Under the pieces are notes generated by a model that saw only the letters and a list, made by a program, of their open reading frames with translations, did not search any database and was not told the origin of the DNA. A program made the translations under genes and the position numbers. A stretch of DNA of 64,000 nt. It comes from Candidatus Poseidoniales archaeon (GTDB taxonomy: Archaea > Thermoplasmatota > Poseidoniia > Poseidoniales > Poseidoniaceae). The stretch lies in NCBI GenBank assembly GCA_003602415.1, contig QQSK01000013.1, positions 10,152 through 74,151 of the forward strand. Direction: 5' to 3'. Numbering within the stretch: the stretch's first letter is position 1; each line of letters starts with the position of its first letter. Shown piece by piece: positions 9,727 through 20,508 of this stretch.

Positions 9727-10980
9727 TCAATATCCTCTCACCTGTAGCAGGGCCTGTGATAGGTCCATGTCTGGCATCCAATCGATGACTTGACTTCCAA
9801 ATCCTGCTAGGGATGTCAGTCTGTTTTGTCTTTCAAGTTTCAAAACCTCGTAAGACATTCTTGGGATTCTACTGACCAGTCTCTCGAAGTCAATAGATGA
9901 TGGAGACAGTACAGTAACTTCGTGACCTCTTCCAACTAAATCCCTAATCGCTGAAGGAACAGTTCCATCTCCTTCACACGATGAGATGACGAATACAGGG
10001 CTTCCACGACTGAACCTTGCGGCTAAACTGTTGGTTACAGCTTGTAAAGGCATAGTTCCTCTTGGAGCAACCCCTGCAAGAGAAGATAAGATCTTGAAAT
10101 ACTGCTTATCTCCAGTATCAGGCGGTAAGAATGACAATTTTTCATCATAAATTGTTAGAGAGACCGAATCACGCCGCTTGATGAAGAAAGACGCGAGACT
10201 CGCTGCAGCCACAGTACCCATCTCTAACGGGTTCTTGAGAACTGTACCAATTCTTGCAATATCTCGACTATCTAGAATGATGTACAAATCAGTTACAGCA
10301 TCTCTACACTTCTCGTTAATCATCAAGTCCCCAGTTCTAGCAAATGCCTTCCAATTGATGTTCTTGAACGGGTCTCCTGGCACATATTCTCTTAGCGAAT
10401 AGAATTCTGTTCCAGGTCCAGGTGTTCTCAATGTGGTCGCACCAGTGTACATCTTAGCAGTTCTAGAACGGATGAACGCTTCTTCAACGTCACGAATCTG
10501 CGGGAAAATGATGATGTCGGAATGATGGTCAACATACATTTCATCAACAGAGAGATTGAATGTATTCCTATACCTAAGAGAAACAGGCCCTATCGAGTAA
10601 TGACCTCTTAGAGGACAGCGTAAGACATAGCGGATTCTAGCACTTTCTCCTGGCTTGAGATTGAGCCTCATTTGGTTGAGACCACTCCTCAACTTCATTT
10701 CGTGAGGAACGTTGTCATAAACTTCCAATTGCTGAGTTTTCCTTCTACTTCTATTGGTAACTAACAATTCAACGTAGAGGTCATCTCCCTTGTACAGGTT
10801 ATCTGCAGATAGAGTCCTCTGTACTTCGACATCACCATGCCCACTGACCCATGAGTTTACTACAATGAATGCGATAAATGCCAGACCTAGAATCATCATC
10901 TGATGGTTTGAAATCATCATACCTATGAGGATTAGAGCAATTCCTCCAGTGAATGTAAATGCTGCTTTACGTGTCCACAT
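9727..10980 (-). CDS. DUF58 family protein (vWA-like, associated with MoxR/Bat operons)
   Basis: It carries the DUF58 hallmark REYVPGDPFKNINWKAFARTGDLMINE (R-Y-xGD...I-W...AR). Two N-terminal TM helices are present. Confidence 0.65.
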   Translation of the reverse strand: MWTRKAAFTFTGGIALILIGMMISNHQMMILGLAFIAFIVVNSWVSGHGDVEVQRTLSADNLYKGDDLYVELLVTNRSRRKTQQLEVYDNVPHEMKLRSGLNQMRLNLKPGESARIRYVLRCPLRGHYSIGPVSLRYRNTFNLSVDEMYVDHHSDIIIFPQIRDVEEAFIRSRTAKMYTGATTLRTPGPGTEFYSLREYVPGDPFKNINWKAFARTGDLMINEKCRDAVTDLYIILDSRDIARIGTVLKNPLEMGTVAAASLASFFIKRRDSVSLTIYDEKLSFLPPDTGDKQYFKILSSLAGVAPRGTMPLQAVTNSLAARFSRGSPVFVISSCEGDGTVPSAIRDLVGRGHEVTVLSPSSIDFERLVSRIPRMSYEVLKLERQNRLTSLAGFGSQVIDWMPDMDLSQALLQVRGY

Positions 10981-10990
10981 CTAATTCACC

Positions 10991-12637
10991 TCATGTACGT
11001 CCCCAGACTTTTATTCGTTTCACGATAGCTACAGTCTGTTCTAAAGAATAATTCTTATTTTCAAATACGAACTTGACTAGTACTGGGTCATTGATCATGC
11101 CTTGCAATTCTCTAGCCGGTAAAGAGTCAAACTCTTCTCTAGTCAATCCATTTTGGTTTCTAACCTTAGAGAGGAAAACCTGTTTGATCTTGTTTGATTT
11201 TGCATAATACGTGTATCTATTAGCATCTCCAAATCCATAGTAAATGATACTGAAAACGTGCCTCCATGGCTCAGGGTCTTTCTTCTTGAGTAATACACCT
11301 TCAAATGCGATGAACAGAATCAGGAATAATAGTAGCATTGCCAATCCTTCACCAGTGAAGTAAACCAACAGGAAGTAAACGGTATTGTAGGATTCTGAAG
11401 CGATGCTAGGTTGGATATGGCGACTTTCATCAAAGATAACCATTGCATTAGGTGCAACACCGGGAACATCAACAGATTCACCATTTGCTTCAGGATTCAC
11501 CAAGGAATCAGCAATGTAGTCCATGGCCCATTTCCTGTTGTCGTTTCTAGGAATTGGCTTGTCTGCTTTGCCATATTTGCCATCGTTGTATGCTTCATAG
11601 TCATAGAGGGCATTGGTTAATGCAGAACCATCTGCGATGAAGGTAATCCTTCCACCATTGACGAAGTTACAATCTTGGGTGATACATACCTCGATTGAAA
11701 GGTTGAATTGACCCCAAAGGTCTGGAGTTTCGGAATTTTGTTCTGAACCAACCCATATTTCCCCATCACCGTTTACGTCAATCGTTGCTTCTGCTGAAGT
11801 AACGGCTCGAATCTGAGTTGCACCCATTCCAGTTTTTGCATTTTGAATGACATCAATTCCAGTAATGTTGTTCAGAAGAACTTGGTATGAAGCGTTATAC
11901 TGGATCTCTCCATCTTTCCAATGTTGTTCACATACACCTGAATTGGATTTTGAGACAGTTCTTCCATCATACAATTTGCAAATGTGAGCGCCATTGTCTT
12001 GTATATCCCAGCGACTATGGGTTTCAACTGTGCTTGTATCAATGCTTGTGCCATCCATGCCACAAGGAGATTCTTGAACACACATCCACACGAAATTGTA
12101 ATCCAATTCAGTTACGTAAACAGTATCAAACAATTGAACTCCTTTGAATCGAACTCCAAAAGCCTCAGCGATTGAAGACGAATATCCAAAGTCGTCCATG
12201 ACCAAAACGTCCCCTCCAGCAAATACGAATTCTTTGATGGCCTCGACTTCAGCAGGAGAATAACCATCTTCAGAAGCAAATGTTAGGAAACCATCGGATG
12301 AGAATTGAGGAATAGAAATGGTATCTCTTTCCACACCTGCAATGATGAATGTAGTATTCGCAGGGTCCTCGATATCAGCTAGTAGTAGTGGCGAAGAAAC
12401 CAGTGATTTAGTTTCAATTCCCATGTCGTTGATATCTTCACGGAAAGCAGACATATCATCCCAATCGCTCCCATAAGCCGATTGTCCGTCCTTGTTTCCA
12501 ATATTGATGACCTGTGATACCACTGTAGAAAGTAGCATCAAAAGAACAAACCAAAACGCAATTTGAAGACCTAGTCTTCGTTTGTTAAAGCGCGGTTTGT
12601 CGTCCAATTGAACACCCCTAGTACAAGATACAGACAA
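10991..12637 (-). CDS. DUF4350-like membrane protein (ThuA/GATase1-like fold)
   Basis: There is an N-terminal TM helix and a C-terminal TM helix. An extracytoplasmic stretch (...AEVEAIKEFVFAGGDVLVMDDFGYSSSIAEAFG...) matches the DUF4350 pattern. It sits 10 nt from DUF58. Confidence 0.5.
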   Translation of the reverse strand: MSVSCTRGVQLDDKPRFNKRRLGLQIAFWFVLLMLLSTVVSQVINIGNKDGQSAYGSDWDDMSAFREDINDMGIETKSLVSSPLLLADIEDPANTTFIIAGVERDTISIPQFSSDGFLTFASEDGYSPAEVEAIKEFVFAGGDVLVMDDFGYSSSIAEAFGVRFKGVQLFDTVYVTELDYNFVWMCVQESPCGMDGTSIDTSTVETHSRWDIQDNGAHICKLYDGRTVSKSNSGVCEQHWKDGEIQYNASYQVLLNNITGIDVIQNAKTGMGATQIRAVTSAEATIDVNGDGEIWVGSEQNSETPDLWGQFNLSIEVCITQDCNFVNGGRITFIADGSALTNALYDYEAYNDGKYGKADKPIPRNDNRKWAMDYIADSLVNPEANGESVDVPGVAPNAMVIFDESRHIQPSIASESYNTVYFLLVYFTGEGLAMLLLFLILFIAFEGVLLKKKDPEPWRHVFSIIYYGFGDANRYTYYAKSNKIKQVFLSKVRNQNGLTREEFDSLPARELQGMINDPVLVKFVFENKNYSLEQTVAIVKRIKVWGRT

Positions 12638-12689
12638 CCCACGTTATCAATTGGGTTTAGAAGGTTGTGGGCATATGATAAGAAATTGC

Positions 12690-12929
12690 TCAACGCCTTA
12701 ACACTATTTTCGAGCCAATTTTTGAAATTTCTTGGGCTGGGACATGACAAAAACCGTCCTCAGTGGGCCATGGAAGTTTGCTGATGTCGATCTCGGATAC
12801 AACATCAACCAAGATTTCAGTAATTTCACCACTTCTTGTGTCAATGACTATGTCCATCAGATGACCGAATAATTCGCCATTGTTGTCAACAACATCACGC
12901 TTGAGGAACTCACCGCTGAAACTCGACAT
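12690..12929 (-). CDS. PRC-barrel domain protein
   Basis: It is 79 aa, with LKRDVVDNNGELFGHLMDIVIDTRSGEITEILV typical of a PRC barrel. Confidence 0.5.
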   Translation of the reverse strand: MSSFSGEFLKRDVVDNNGELFGHLMDIVIDTRSGEITEILVDVVSEIDISKLPWPTEDGFCHVPAQEISKIGSKIVLRR

Positions 12930-12994
12930 GTTTGGCTCCTCCTGTCATTTAATGCAACTTCTTGTTTCACTTCAATTAACCGGCTACTGTCAGA

Positions 12995-15226
12995 TCACAT
13001 CGATTCCATTCCGTAACCAGTATCTCTGGTCCGTTTGATATTTGATAGACCAGAAGTTAGTCTCTCTTCCATCTTTGAGTAATACTCCAACATATCAGGA
13101 GTTACAGTTGGGCGAACTCTGGTAATCGCATCTTCAAAGTGTCCTTTTGTGACCTTCTTCTTTCCGGCTCTCATTGCAATCAGTGCGGCTTCTCTGCACA
13201 CCGCTTCAATATCTGCGCCAGTGAAACCTTCCATGCCTGTGAGGATATCTTTCATTGAGAAAGTGGATAATGGCATGCCAGCCGAATGGATTTCCATAAT
13301 CGCTTCTCTTGCTGGACGGTCTGGAGGCGGAACGTGTAGAACCCTTTCGAATCTACCACTTCTCAATAGAGCAGGGTCAATCATTTCTGGGCGATTTGTG
13401 GCTGCCACAATAATTACTCCGTCCAAGCTTTCCACACCATCCATACTTGCTAATAATTGATTGACAACTCTGTTAGCAACATCCGAACCTCCGCTTTGAG
13501 AGTTAGATGAACGCATTCCTGCGATAGATTCGAATTCATCAAGGAAGATGATTGAAGGTGAAGATTGCTTGGCCTTCTTGAAAATCTCCCTAATCGCTTT
13601 TTCAGATTCTCCAACCCATTTCGAGATTAACTCCGGTCCCTTGATTGAGATGAAATTGGCCTTTGCTTCATTGGCAATTGCTTTTGCAAGCAGAGTTTTT
13701 CCAGTACCAGGTGCTCCGAATAGAACAATTCCTCGTGGTGGTTTAATTCCAAAGTGGTCAAACAATTCTGGTTTGGTTAACGGCCATTCAACACTTTCCT
13801 TCAGCCTGTCCTTTATCTCGCTTAATCCACCAACACTTTCCCATGAAACATCGGGGATTTCGACGTAAATCTCTCTAAGGGCACTAGGTTCTATTTCTCT
13901 AATTGCAAGACGGAAGTCTTCCATACGGACTTCCATCTTTTCTAGAACTTCAGGAGGAATTGTATCTTCTTCCAAGTCAATTTCAGGCAGGTATCTGCGT
14001 AGAGCCTTCATTGCAGACTCTCTAACCAATGCAGCAAGATCAGCACCTACGAATCCGTATGAATTCTCCAGCACCCAATCTACATCGAAATCATCAGCAA
14101 TAGGCATCTGCCTAGTATGAACATCTAAGATTTCTTTGCGCCCTTCTCTGTCAGGAACTCCGATTTCGATTTCTCTATCGAATCTACCCGGTCTTCTCAA
14201 AGCAGGGTCCATGGCATCCCTTCTGTTAGTGGCTCCAATGACAATGACGTTGTCTCTGCCTTGCATTCCATCCATTAGTGTAAGCATCTGTGCTACGACT
14301 CTTCTTTCAACTTCGCCACTTACATCCTCTCTCTTTGGACAGATAGAGTCAATCTCGTCTACGAAGACGATTGCAGGAGCATTATTTGCGGCTTCATCGA
14401 AGATTTCTCTTAGCTGCTTCTCAGATTCTCCATAATATTTGGAAATGATTTCAGGACCGTTAATTGAGGTAAAATGTGCGTTGGTTTCAGTTGCCACCGC
14501 TTTAGCAATCATCGTTTTACCAGTACCAGGGGGTCCGTGAAGTAAAACTCCCTTTGGCGGGTCAATTCCTAGTCGCCTGAATAACTCAGGATGCTTCAAT
14601 GGTAACTCAATCATCTCTCGAACCTTCAATAATTGACTACCGATTCCTCCGATATCTTCGTAGGTTATGCCTTGAGATTGGCCCACATCATCATCATCGA
14701 TCGCTTCATCTTTGATCACAATGTCTGTGTCTGAATTAACTTGAACGATTCCTTTTGGAGTTGTTTGTAAAACAGCGAACGGCAATGCTTCAGCGAACAA
14801 GGTCATTCCTGGAATGAAAATTCTGTCTCCGGCTACTACCGGCCTTTTGTTTAATCCACGTCGAGCAAATCCTTCGATTCCTGGCCCGAATTTTACTTTC
14901 TGCTTGTTTGCCATTACGGGTGAAAGCACCAATTTTGTACAAATTTTCGCATCAACTTTGGAGACAGTAACTTTGTCACCTAGGCTCACACCAGCATTCT
15001 TTCTAATGATACCATCAACACGAATGATGTCCATCTTTGCATCTTCTGGGCGACTTCTCCAATAGATGGCGGCTGTTGAGCGCTTGTCGCCTTTGATTTC
15101 GATAATGTCGCCTGGCTTTAGCTCCAATCCATTTTCTCCACTAATGCGAGCTCTGCCGTGACCTACGTCACTTGGTATAGCCTTTGAGACTTTCAAAGAG
15201 ATTGATTCAGTATCATCATCAGACAT
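12995..15226 (-). CDS. cdc48: Cdc48/VCP-like AAA+ ATPase
   Basis: An N-domain is followed by two AAA modules, with Walker A motifs GPPGTGKT and GAPGTGKT. Walker B (DEID/DEFE) and SRH regions are present. The length is 743 aa. Confidence 0.85.
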   Translation of the reverse strand: MSDDDTESISLKVSKAIPSDVGHGRARISGENGLELKPGDIIEIKGDKRSTAAIYWRSRPEDAKMDIIRVDGIIRKNAGVSLGDKVTVSKVDAKICTKLVLSPVMANKQKVKFGPGIEGFARRGLNKRPVVAGDRIFIPGMTLFAEALPFAVLQTTPKGIVQVNSDTDIVIKDEAIDDDDVGQSQGITYEDIGGIGSQLLKVREMIELPLKHPELFRRLGIDPPKGVLLHGPPGTGKTMIAKAVATETNAHFTSINGPEIISKYYGESEKQLREIFDEAANNAPAIVFVDEIDSICPKREDVSGEVERRVVAQMLTLMDGMQGRDNVIVIGATNRRDAMDPALRRPGRFDREIEIGVPDREGRKEILDVHTRQMPIADDFDVDWVLENSYGFVGADLAALVRESAMKALRRYLPEIDLEEDTIPPEVLEKMEVRMEDFRLAIREIEPSALREIYVEIPDVSWESVGGLSEIKDRLKESVEWPLTKPELFDHFGIKPPRGIVLFGAPGTGKTLLAKAIANEAKANFISIKGPELISKWVGESEKAIREIFKKAKQSSPSIIFLDEFESIAGMRSSNSQSGGSDVANRVVNQLLASMDGVESLDGVIIVAATNRPEMIDPALLRSGRFERVLHVPPPDRPAREAIMEIHSAGMPLSTFSMKDILTGMEGFTGADIEAVCREAALIAMRAGKKKVTKGHFEDAITRVRPTVTPDMLEYYSKMEERLTSGLSNIKRTRDTGYGMESM

Positions 15227-15363
15227 GGGTTGCCCCCTCCGGTAATTTTACTTGACAGCAGCCATTCTTTAATCCATGGTATTTTTGCAAGTACAGAACT
15301 CAGATTAACAGAGAGTTACTATTCAAGGAAAGCATTCATGTTCTTTATCCTAGACGGAAGGTC

Positions 15364-16992
15364 ATGACGCACGTTTTAGAGGTCGGCCTAGAGTTTATGG
15401 AAAGCAATAATCCCCATTCCCTTCCTAAGGTAAAGGGTTACAATATCATCAATGGACAACTCAAGTCCTCATCGGATGGTTCTACACTGGTTAGTATCAA
15501 CCCAGCAATTCTTTCAGATGAAATCGGTGAATTCCCTATGTCAACCAGGGAAGATGTTCACGAAGCAATCGCTGCAGCAAGAATGGCTTTGTCTGGGTGG
15601 GCTTCTACTCCTGCTCCTACTCGCGGTCAGATAATTGGGAACATGGGAAGACTGCTGATGGAGCACAAGGATGAACTTGTGCGCCTACAGGCCCGTGAGA
15701 TTGGTAAGACTGTGAAAGAATGTGGAGGAGAAATCCAAGAAGCGATCGACACATGTCTCTTTTTCCAATCAGAAGGTCGCAGATTGTACGGCCAGACCGT
15801 TAATTCAGAATTACCGGACAAGGAATTGTTCACTTACCGTAGACCTCTTGGTGTGTGTGGAATTATCAACGCCTGTAATTTCCCATCAGCTGTTCCTTTC
15901 TGGAAAATGATCCCTGCAATTATTTGTGGTAATACCTGTGTCTGGAAATCACCTCAAGATTCTCCCCTTCTATCATTTGCTTTGGCTAGAATTATGCATC
16001 AAGCAGGATTGCCTAATGGTGTTATCAATTTAGTTCACGGTAAAGGAAGCGGAGCGGGACAATATATTGTAGATGCTGTCGATGAAGGTTTGATCAACAA
16101 AATTTCATTCACAGGCAGTACAGAAGTCGGCAAAGCAATTGGAGAAGTCTGTGGAAGAAACTTGGTTTCATGCAGTTTGGAACTAGGCGGAAAGAATCCA
16201 CTTGTAGTAATGCCATCCGCAAACATCGATAACGCGGTTGAAGGTGCATATTGGGGTGGCTTTGGAACAGCAGGTCAACGCTGTACCAGCTTGGGTAATT
16301 TGATTCTTCACGAGGAGATCTATGATGAATTCATGGAGAAGTTCATGATTAGAGTCAAGTCTACCAGAATCGGCGACTCTCTACACAACGAGAATGTCCT
16401 GTATGGCTCTATGCTTTCTGAAAAGTATGCAAAAGATTTCCTGAAGGGTATTGAAATGATTGAGGCGGATGGTGCAACCAAGGAATGGGGTAATGGCCGA
16501 ATCACTTCAGGAAATACTCCTGAGAATTTCATGGGAACTCCAGAAGAAGGAGTATTCATGTGGCCACACGTTTATTCTGGAGTAACTGAAGACATGAATT
16601 GCTTCCATGAGGAAGTATTTGGTCCTGCAATTACCATTGTTAAGGCAAAGGATTTCGATCACGCACTTCATCTAGCCAATGCATCTCCTTACGGTCTATC
16701 CAGTGCAATTTACACAAATGACCGCCTTGAAGCATACCGCTTCAAGACAGGAATTAAAGCGGGAATGACCGGCATTAACAACTCTACAACTGGAGCGGAA
16801 GCACACCTTCCATTTGGTGGTGTCAAGGGTAGCGGAAATGGAACCCGCGAATCTGGAATTTGGGTTATTGAAGCATACTCCTATTGGCATGCTGTAAACG
16901 ATGAATTATCTGGCAAATTACAACTCGCTCAGATGGATGTCGATGAAATTGAGATGGTTGAAGCAGAAGTAGACTACTCCTCATTGGCCTGA
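15364..16992 (+). CDS. NAD(P)-dependent aldehyde dehydrogenase family protein
   Basis: It has the ALDH catalytic motifs ELGGKNP and GQRCTS and the Rossmann motif GSTEVG. The start could instead be the internal Met at MESNNP. Confidence 0.75.
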   Translation: MTHVLEVGLEFMESNNPHSLPKVKGYNIINGQLKSSSDGSTLVSINPAILSDEIGEFPMSTREDVHEAIAAARMALSGWASTPAPTRGQIIGNMGRLLMEHKDELVRLQAREIGKTVKECGGEIQEAIDTCLFFQSEGRRLYGQTVNSELPDKELFTYRRPLGVCGIINACNFPSAVPFWKMIPAIICGNTCVWKSPQDSPLLSFALARIMHQAGLPNGVINLVHGKGSGAGQYIVDAVDEGLINKISFTGSTEVGKAIGEVCGRNLVSCSLELGGKNPLVVMPSANIDNAVEGAYWGGFGTAGQRCTSLGNLILHEEIYDEFMEKFMIRVKSTRIGDSLHNENVLYGSMLSEKYAKDFLKGIEMIEADGATKEWGNGRITSGNTPENFMGTPEEGVFMWPHVYSGVTEDMNCFHEEVFGPAITIVKAKDFDHALHLANASPYGLSSAIYTNDRLEAYRFKTGIKAGMTGINNSTTGAEAHLPFGGVKGSGNGTRESGIWVIEAYSYWHAVNDELSGKLQLAQMDVDEIEMVEAEVDYSSLA

Positions 16993-17041
16993 ACAAGAGC
17001 CGAACAGGTCAAAGACCCCTTGGTCACTGGGCCAGTTTATC

Positions 17042-17058
17042 CGCCCCCATAGGGGGCG
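17042..17058. promoter_or_regulatory. GC-clamp triloop hairpin CGCCCCC-ATA-GGGGGCG immediately upstream of the sdhC start
   Basis: It is a perfect 7-bp G/C stem with a 3-nt loop. It lies 3-15 nt upstream of the candidate starts. Confidence 0.3.
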
Positions 17059-17061
17059 CGG

Positions 17062-17886
17062 TTGGTGTACTTAATGGGCCAAGGACTCAAACTTCCAATG
17101 CTTAACGGAATGGGCCGTACTGATAGAATAGACAAGTGGTGGGCTCAACCAGCAGTAATGGCTCTTGGATTATTTTTAGCCATCCTGTGGACCGTTTGGA
17201 GAGTTGTATTCTTCTCTGACCATATCGATTACAATGTCAATGGAGCACATGTGATATCTCCTATGTTTTCTCCAAACGTGTTGGAGTGGGATATGTTCTC
17301 TGGATGGGATCATCCATCCTGGGTTAATGCGGCAGTTCTGATACTGTGGATTCCATTTTCGTTCAGGGGTACATGCTATTACATGCGCCGAGTCTACTAT
17401 CGAACTTTCTTCGCTAGCCCGGTGGCTTGTTGGGTCGATGAGCCAGAGATTAACAAGAAGATTGGATACAAAGGCGAAAAGCGATTATTCATCGTTAACA
17501 ATCTTCACCGATACTTCCTGTACATGGTGATTCCAATTCTACTCATCAAATGGTGGGATATCACTCACACAATGTCATTCTCCAACGACGGATATGGCAT
17601 ATCTGGAGGAACAATCATCTTGACACTAGAAGCGGTTTGTCTAACATTCTATGTGACTTCGTGTCACGCTTTGAGACATTTAGCTGGCGGTATGTTGGAT
17701 AGATGGGCAAGCGGGATTTCAAAGGTTAGAGGGGCATTATTCTCTAAGATTAGTATCATCAACAAAGACCATGGTTTTTGGTTCTGGATTTCACTTACGC
17801 TTGTTTTCGTAGGAGATGCTTGGACCATCGCATGTTCTAAAGGAATAATCAATGACTTCAGCTTAGTCTTAATCGGAGGTGTCTGA
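17062..17886 (+). CDS. sdhC: Putative succinate dehydrogenase membrane anchor or cytochrome b subunit
   Basis: It is a 5-TM protein with several conserved His residues and sits immediately upstream of sdhA/sdhB, in the Bacillus-type sdhCAB order. The call rests on context and hydropathy. The start is ambiguous between TTG at 17062 and ATG at 17074. Confidence 0.4.
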   Translation: MVYLMGQGLKLPMLNGMGRTDRIDKWWAQPAVMALGLFLAILWTVWRVVFFSDHIDYNVNGAHVISPMFSPNVLEWDMFSGWDHPSWVNAAVLILWIPFSFRGTCYYMRRVYYRTFFASPVACWVDEPEINKKIGYKGEKRLFIVNNLHRYFLYMVIPILLIKWWDITHTMSFSNDGYGISGGTIILTLEAVCLTFYVTSCHALRHLAGGMLDRWASGISKVRGALFSKISIINKDHGFWFWISLTLVFVGDAWTIACSKGIINDFSLVLIGGV

Positions 17887-19741
17887 AATGTCTGAGAATT
17901 ATACTTCTTACGAATACGATGTTGTGGTTATCGGTGCTGGAGGCGCTGGACTTAGGGCTGCTATCGAGGCTGCTCGTAGTGGTGCAAAAACTGCAATCAT
18001 CACCAAGTCTCTACTTGGTAAAGCACATACTGTAATGGCAGAAGGTGGTTGTGCAGCAGCACTCCAAAACGCAGACCCTCGTGATGGTTGGAAAGTTCAT
18101 TTCCATGACACAATGAAAGGAAGCAAATGGCTTGCTAACTGGAGAATGGCAGAATTCCATGCAAAGGAAGCACCAGACCGTGTCCGTGAATTAGAACAAT
18201 GGGGTGCTGTATTCGATAGAACTCCTAAGAATGTAATCAATCAAAGAAATTTTGGAGGTCACACATTCCCTAGACTTGCTCACGTTGGAGACGCTACAGG
18301 TCTAGAAATTATCAGAACACTTCAGGAAAGAGGAATCCATGAAGGAATAGATATGTTCACAGAATACACAGTTCGCAGTTTGTTAAAGGAAGGCGACCGT
18401 GTAACCGGATGTGTAGCATATACTAGAGTGGACGGAGATTTCCATGCATTCTCAGCAAAATCCGTAGTTCTAGCAACCGGCGGAATTACTCGATGTTGGT
18501 CTGTTTGTTCAGGTTCTTGGGAATATACCGGCGACGGCCATGCTCTAGCACTTTGGGCAGGAGCTGAACTCAGAGATATGGAATTCGTGCAATTCCATCC
18601 TACTGGGATGGTTTGGCCACCTTCTGTAAGAGGAATTCTGGTTACTGAAGGTGTACGTGGTGAAGGAGGACGATTGACTAATTCTGAAGGTAACAGATTC
18701 ATGTTTGATTATGTTCCTGAAATGTTCCAAGGCGACCATGCCGAGACAGAAGAGGAATCGGATCAATGGGTCGAAGAAGTAGTCTCTGGCAAATTAGCCA
18801 CAGTTCGCAGACCTCCCGAATTGCTTACTCGTGACGTTGTTGCCAAGGCAATCAACAGTGAAGTCAAAGCTGGTAGAGGTAGCCCTCATGGTGGCGCATT
18901 CCTAGATATATCTCACAGAGGAGAAGCCGCAATTTTGGCTAAATTACCTTCAATGCATCACCAATTCAAGGAATTAGCGGGCGTTGATATCGCCAAGGAG
19001 CCAATGGAAGTTGGCCCTACTGCTCACTATGTGATGGGCGGGGTTAGAGTAGATGCTGAAACCCAAGAAACTACCGTGCCAGGCTTGTATGCTTGCGGTG
19101 AAGTCGCAAGTGGTTTGCACGGTGCAAACAGACTTGGTGGTAACTCACTTTCAGACCTAATTGTATTCGGAAAGAGAGCCGGAGAGCACGCATCTAAGCG
19201 CGCTACAGACCTTGCTCAACCTAGTATTGACGATGGTCAAGTTCAGGCAGCAATCAAGGAAATGCTTGCTCCTCTAGAGAGAGGAGATGGAGAGAATCCA
19301 GGATTAATCTATGATGAAATGCGAGATATGATGCAAGAAAAGGTAGGCATCATTCGTGTCAAAGGAGAACTTGAATCAGCACTTGAGGATTTGAACGACT
19401 TTTCAAACAGAGAACAGAACTGTTTCCCTGGTACAAGCCGAAAATACAACTCAGGATGGCACCAAGCTCTTGATTTGAAGAACATGGTCGACATTTCCAG
19501 AGTTGCCACAATGGCGGCTCTAGCTCGAGAAGAGAGTCGTGGAGGGCACACTCGTGATGATTTCCCTGGCCACGAAGAAGAATTCTGGGGTAAGAATCTC
19601 AACATTTGTTGGATGGAAGATGGAGAGATAAAAATCCGTCAAGAAGAAATCGAAGAGATGCGAGACGACCTACAAGATGCGATCAAAGAAGTAAAGACAA
19701 TGATTGCTGAAAGGGCTGCACAACAAGGAGGTGGCAACTGA
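17879..19741 (+). CDS. sdhA: Succinate dehydrogenase/fumarate reductase flavoprotein subunit
   Basis: It has the FAD-binding motif VVVIGAGGAGLRAA, the active-site HYVMGG motif, and HPTG. The likely true start is ATG 17888, which is preceded by GGAGGT. Confidence 0.85.
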   Translation: MSEMSENYTSYEYDVVVIGAGGAGLRAAIEAARSGAKTAIITKSLLGKAHTVMAEGGCAAALQNADPRDGWKVHFHDTMKGSKWLANWRMAEFHAKEAPDRVRELEQWGAVFDRTPKNVINQRNFGGHTFPRLAHVGDATGLEIIRTLQERGIHEGIDMFTEYTVRSLLKEGDRVTGCVAYTRVDGDFHAFSAKSVVLATGGITRCWSVCSGSWEYTGDGHALALWAGAELRDMEFVQFHPTGMVWPPSVRGILVTEGVRGEGGRLTNSEGNRFMFDYVPEMFQGDHAETEEESDQWVEEVVSGKLATVRRPPELLTRDVVAKAINSEVKAGRGSPHGGAFLDISHRGEAAILAKLPSMHHQFKELAGVDIAKEPMEVGPTAHYVMGGVRVDAETQETTVPGLYACGEVASGLHGANRLGGNSLSDLIVFGKRAGEHASKRATDLAQPSIDDGQVQAAIKEMLAPLERGDGENPGLIYDEMRDMMQEKVGIIRVKGELESALEDLNDFSNREQNCFPGTSRKYNSGWHQALDLKNMVDISRVATMAALAREESRGGHTRDDFPGHEEEFWGKNLNICWMEDGEIKIRQEEIEEMRDDLQDAIKEVKTMIAERAAQQGGGN

Positions 19742-20508
19742 TGTCACTCAAAGGTAAGAATCAGAAGTTCAAGGTCCTTCGTGGCGAAGGGGAAGATGCT
19801 AAACTCGAAGAGTACGATCTAGAATTGGACGAAGGAATGGTCGTTCTAGATTGCATGCATAGGATTCAGTACGAACAAGAGCCTGATTTGGCGGTTCGTT
19901 GGAATTGTAAAGCAGGTAAGTGCGGTTCGTGTAGCGCAGAAATTAACGGAAGACCTCGTTTGATGTGTATGACTAGAATGTCAGATGTTGTTGCTGAAAC
20001 ACCAGAAGGCCAACCTATTGAAGTTAGACCGATGAAAACCTTCCCTCACATCAAAGACTTGGTTACTGACGTATCATGGAACTATGATGTCGCTCAGAAG
20101 ATTAAGCCTATCAAGGGGCCTGACGAACCAAACTGGGAATTCAATCAGCACGAAGCACATCGTGTTCAACAATTCAGAGAATGTATCGAATGTTTCCTTT
20201 GCGTAAATACATGTCACGTATTGAGAGACCACCAATTATTCGACGATTTCGCAGGACCACGTAACTTGGTTAGACTTGCACAATACGAAATGCACCCTCT
20301 TGATGAGGAAGACAGACTTCCAGAAATTAAGAAGGAGTTCGGAGTTGAATACTGTAACATCACTCGCTGCTGTACCGAAGTATGTCCTGCGGGAATTCAA
20401 ATTACTGACGATGCGATTATTCAATTGAAAGAAAGAGTAGTAGACAGATACTACGACCCACTTCAGAGAATCTGGAGAGCAATAACTGGAAAGAAGCCAA
20501 GAATGTGA
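19741..20508 (+). CDS. sdhB: Succinate dehydrogenase iron-sulfur subunit
   Basis: It has a 2Fe-2S motif (CKAGKCGSCSAEINGRPRLMC), a 4Fe-4S motif (CIECFLCVNTC) and a 3Fe-4S motif (CTEVCPAGI). Its start overlaps the sdhA stop by 1 nt. Confidence 0.85.
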   Translation: MSLKGKNQKFKVLRGEGEDAKLEEYDLELDEGMVVLDCMHRIQYEQEPDLAVRWNCKAGKCGSCSAEINGRPRLMCMTRMSDVVAETPEGQPIEVRPMKTFPHIKDLVTDVSWNYDVAQKIKPIKGPDEPNWEFNQHEAHRVQQFRECIECFLCVNTCHVLRDHQLFDDFAGPRNLVRLAQYEMHPLDEEDRLPEIKKEFGVEYCNITRCCTEVCPAGIQITDDAIIQLKERVVDRYYDPLQRIWRAITGKKPRM

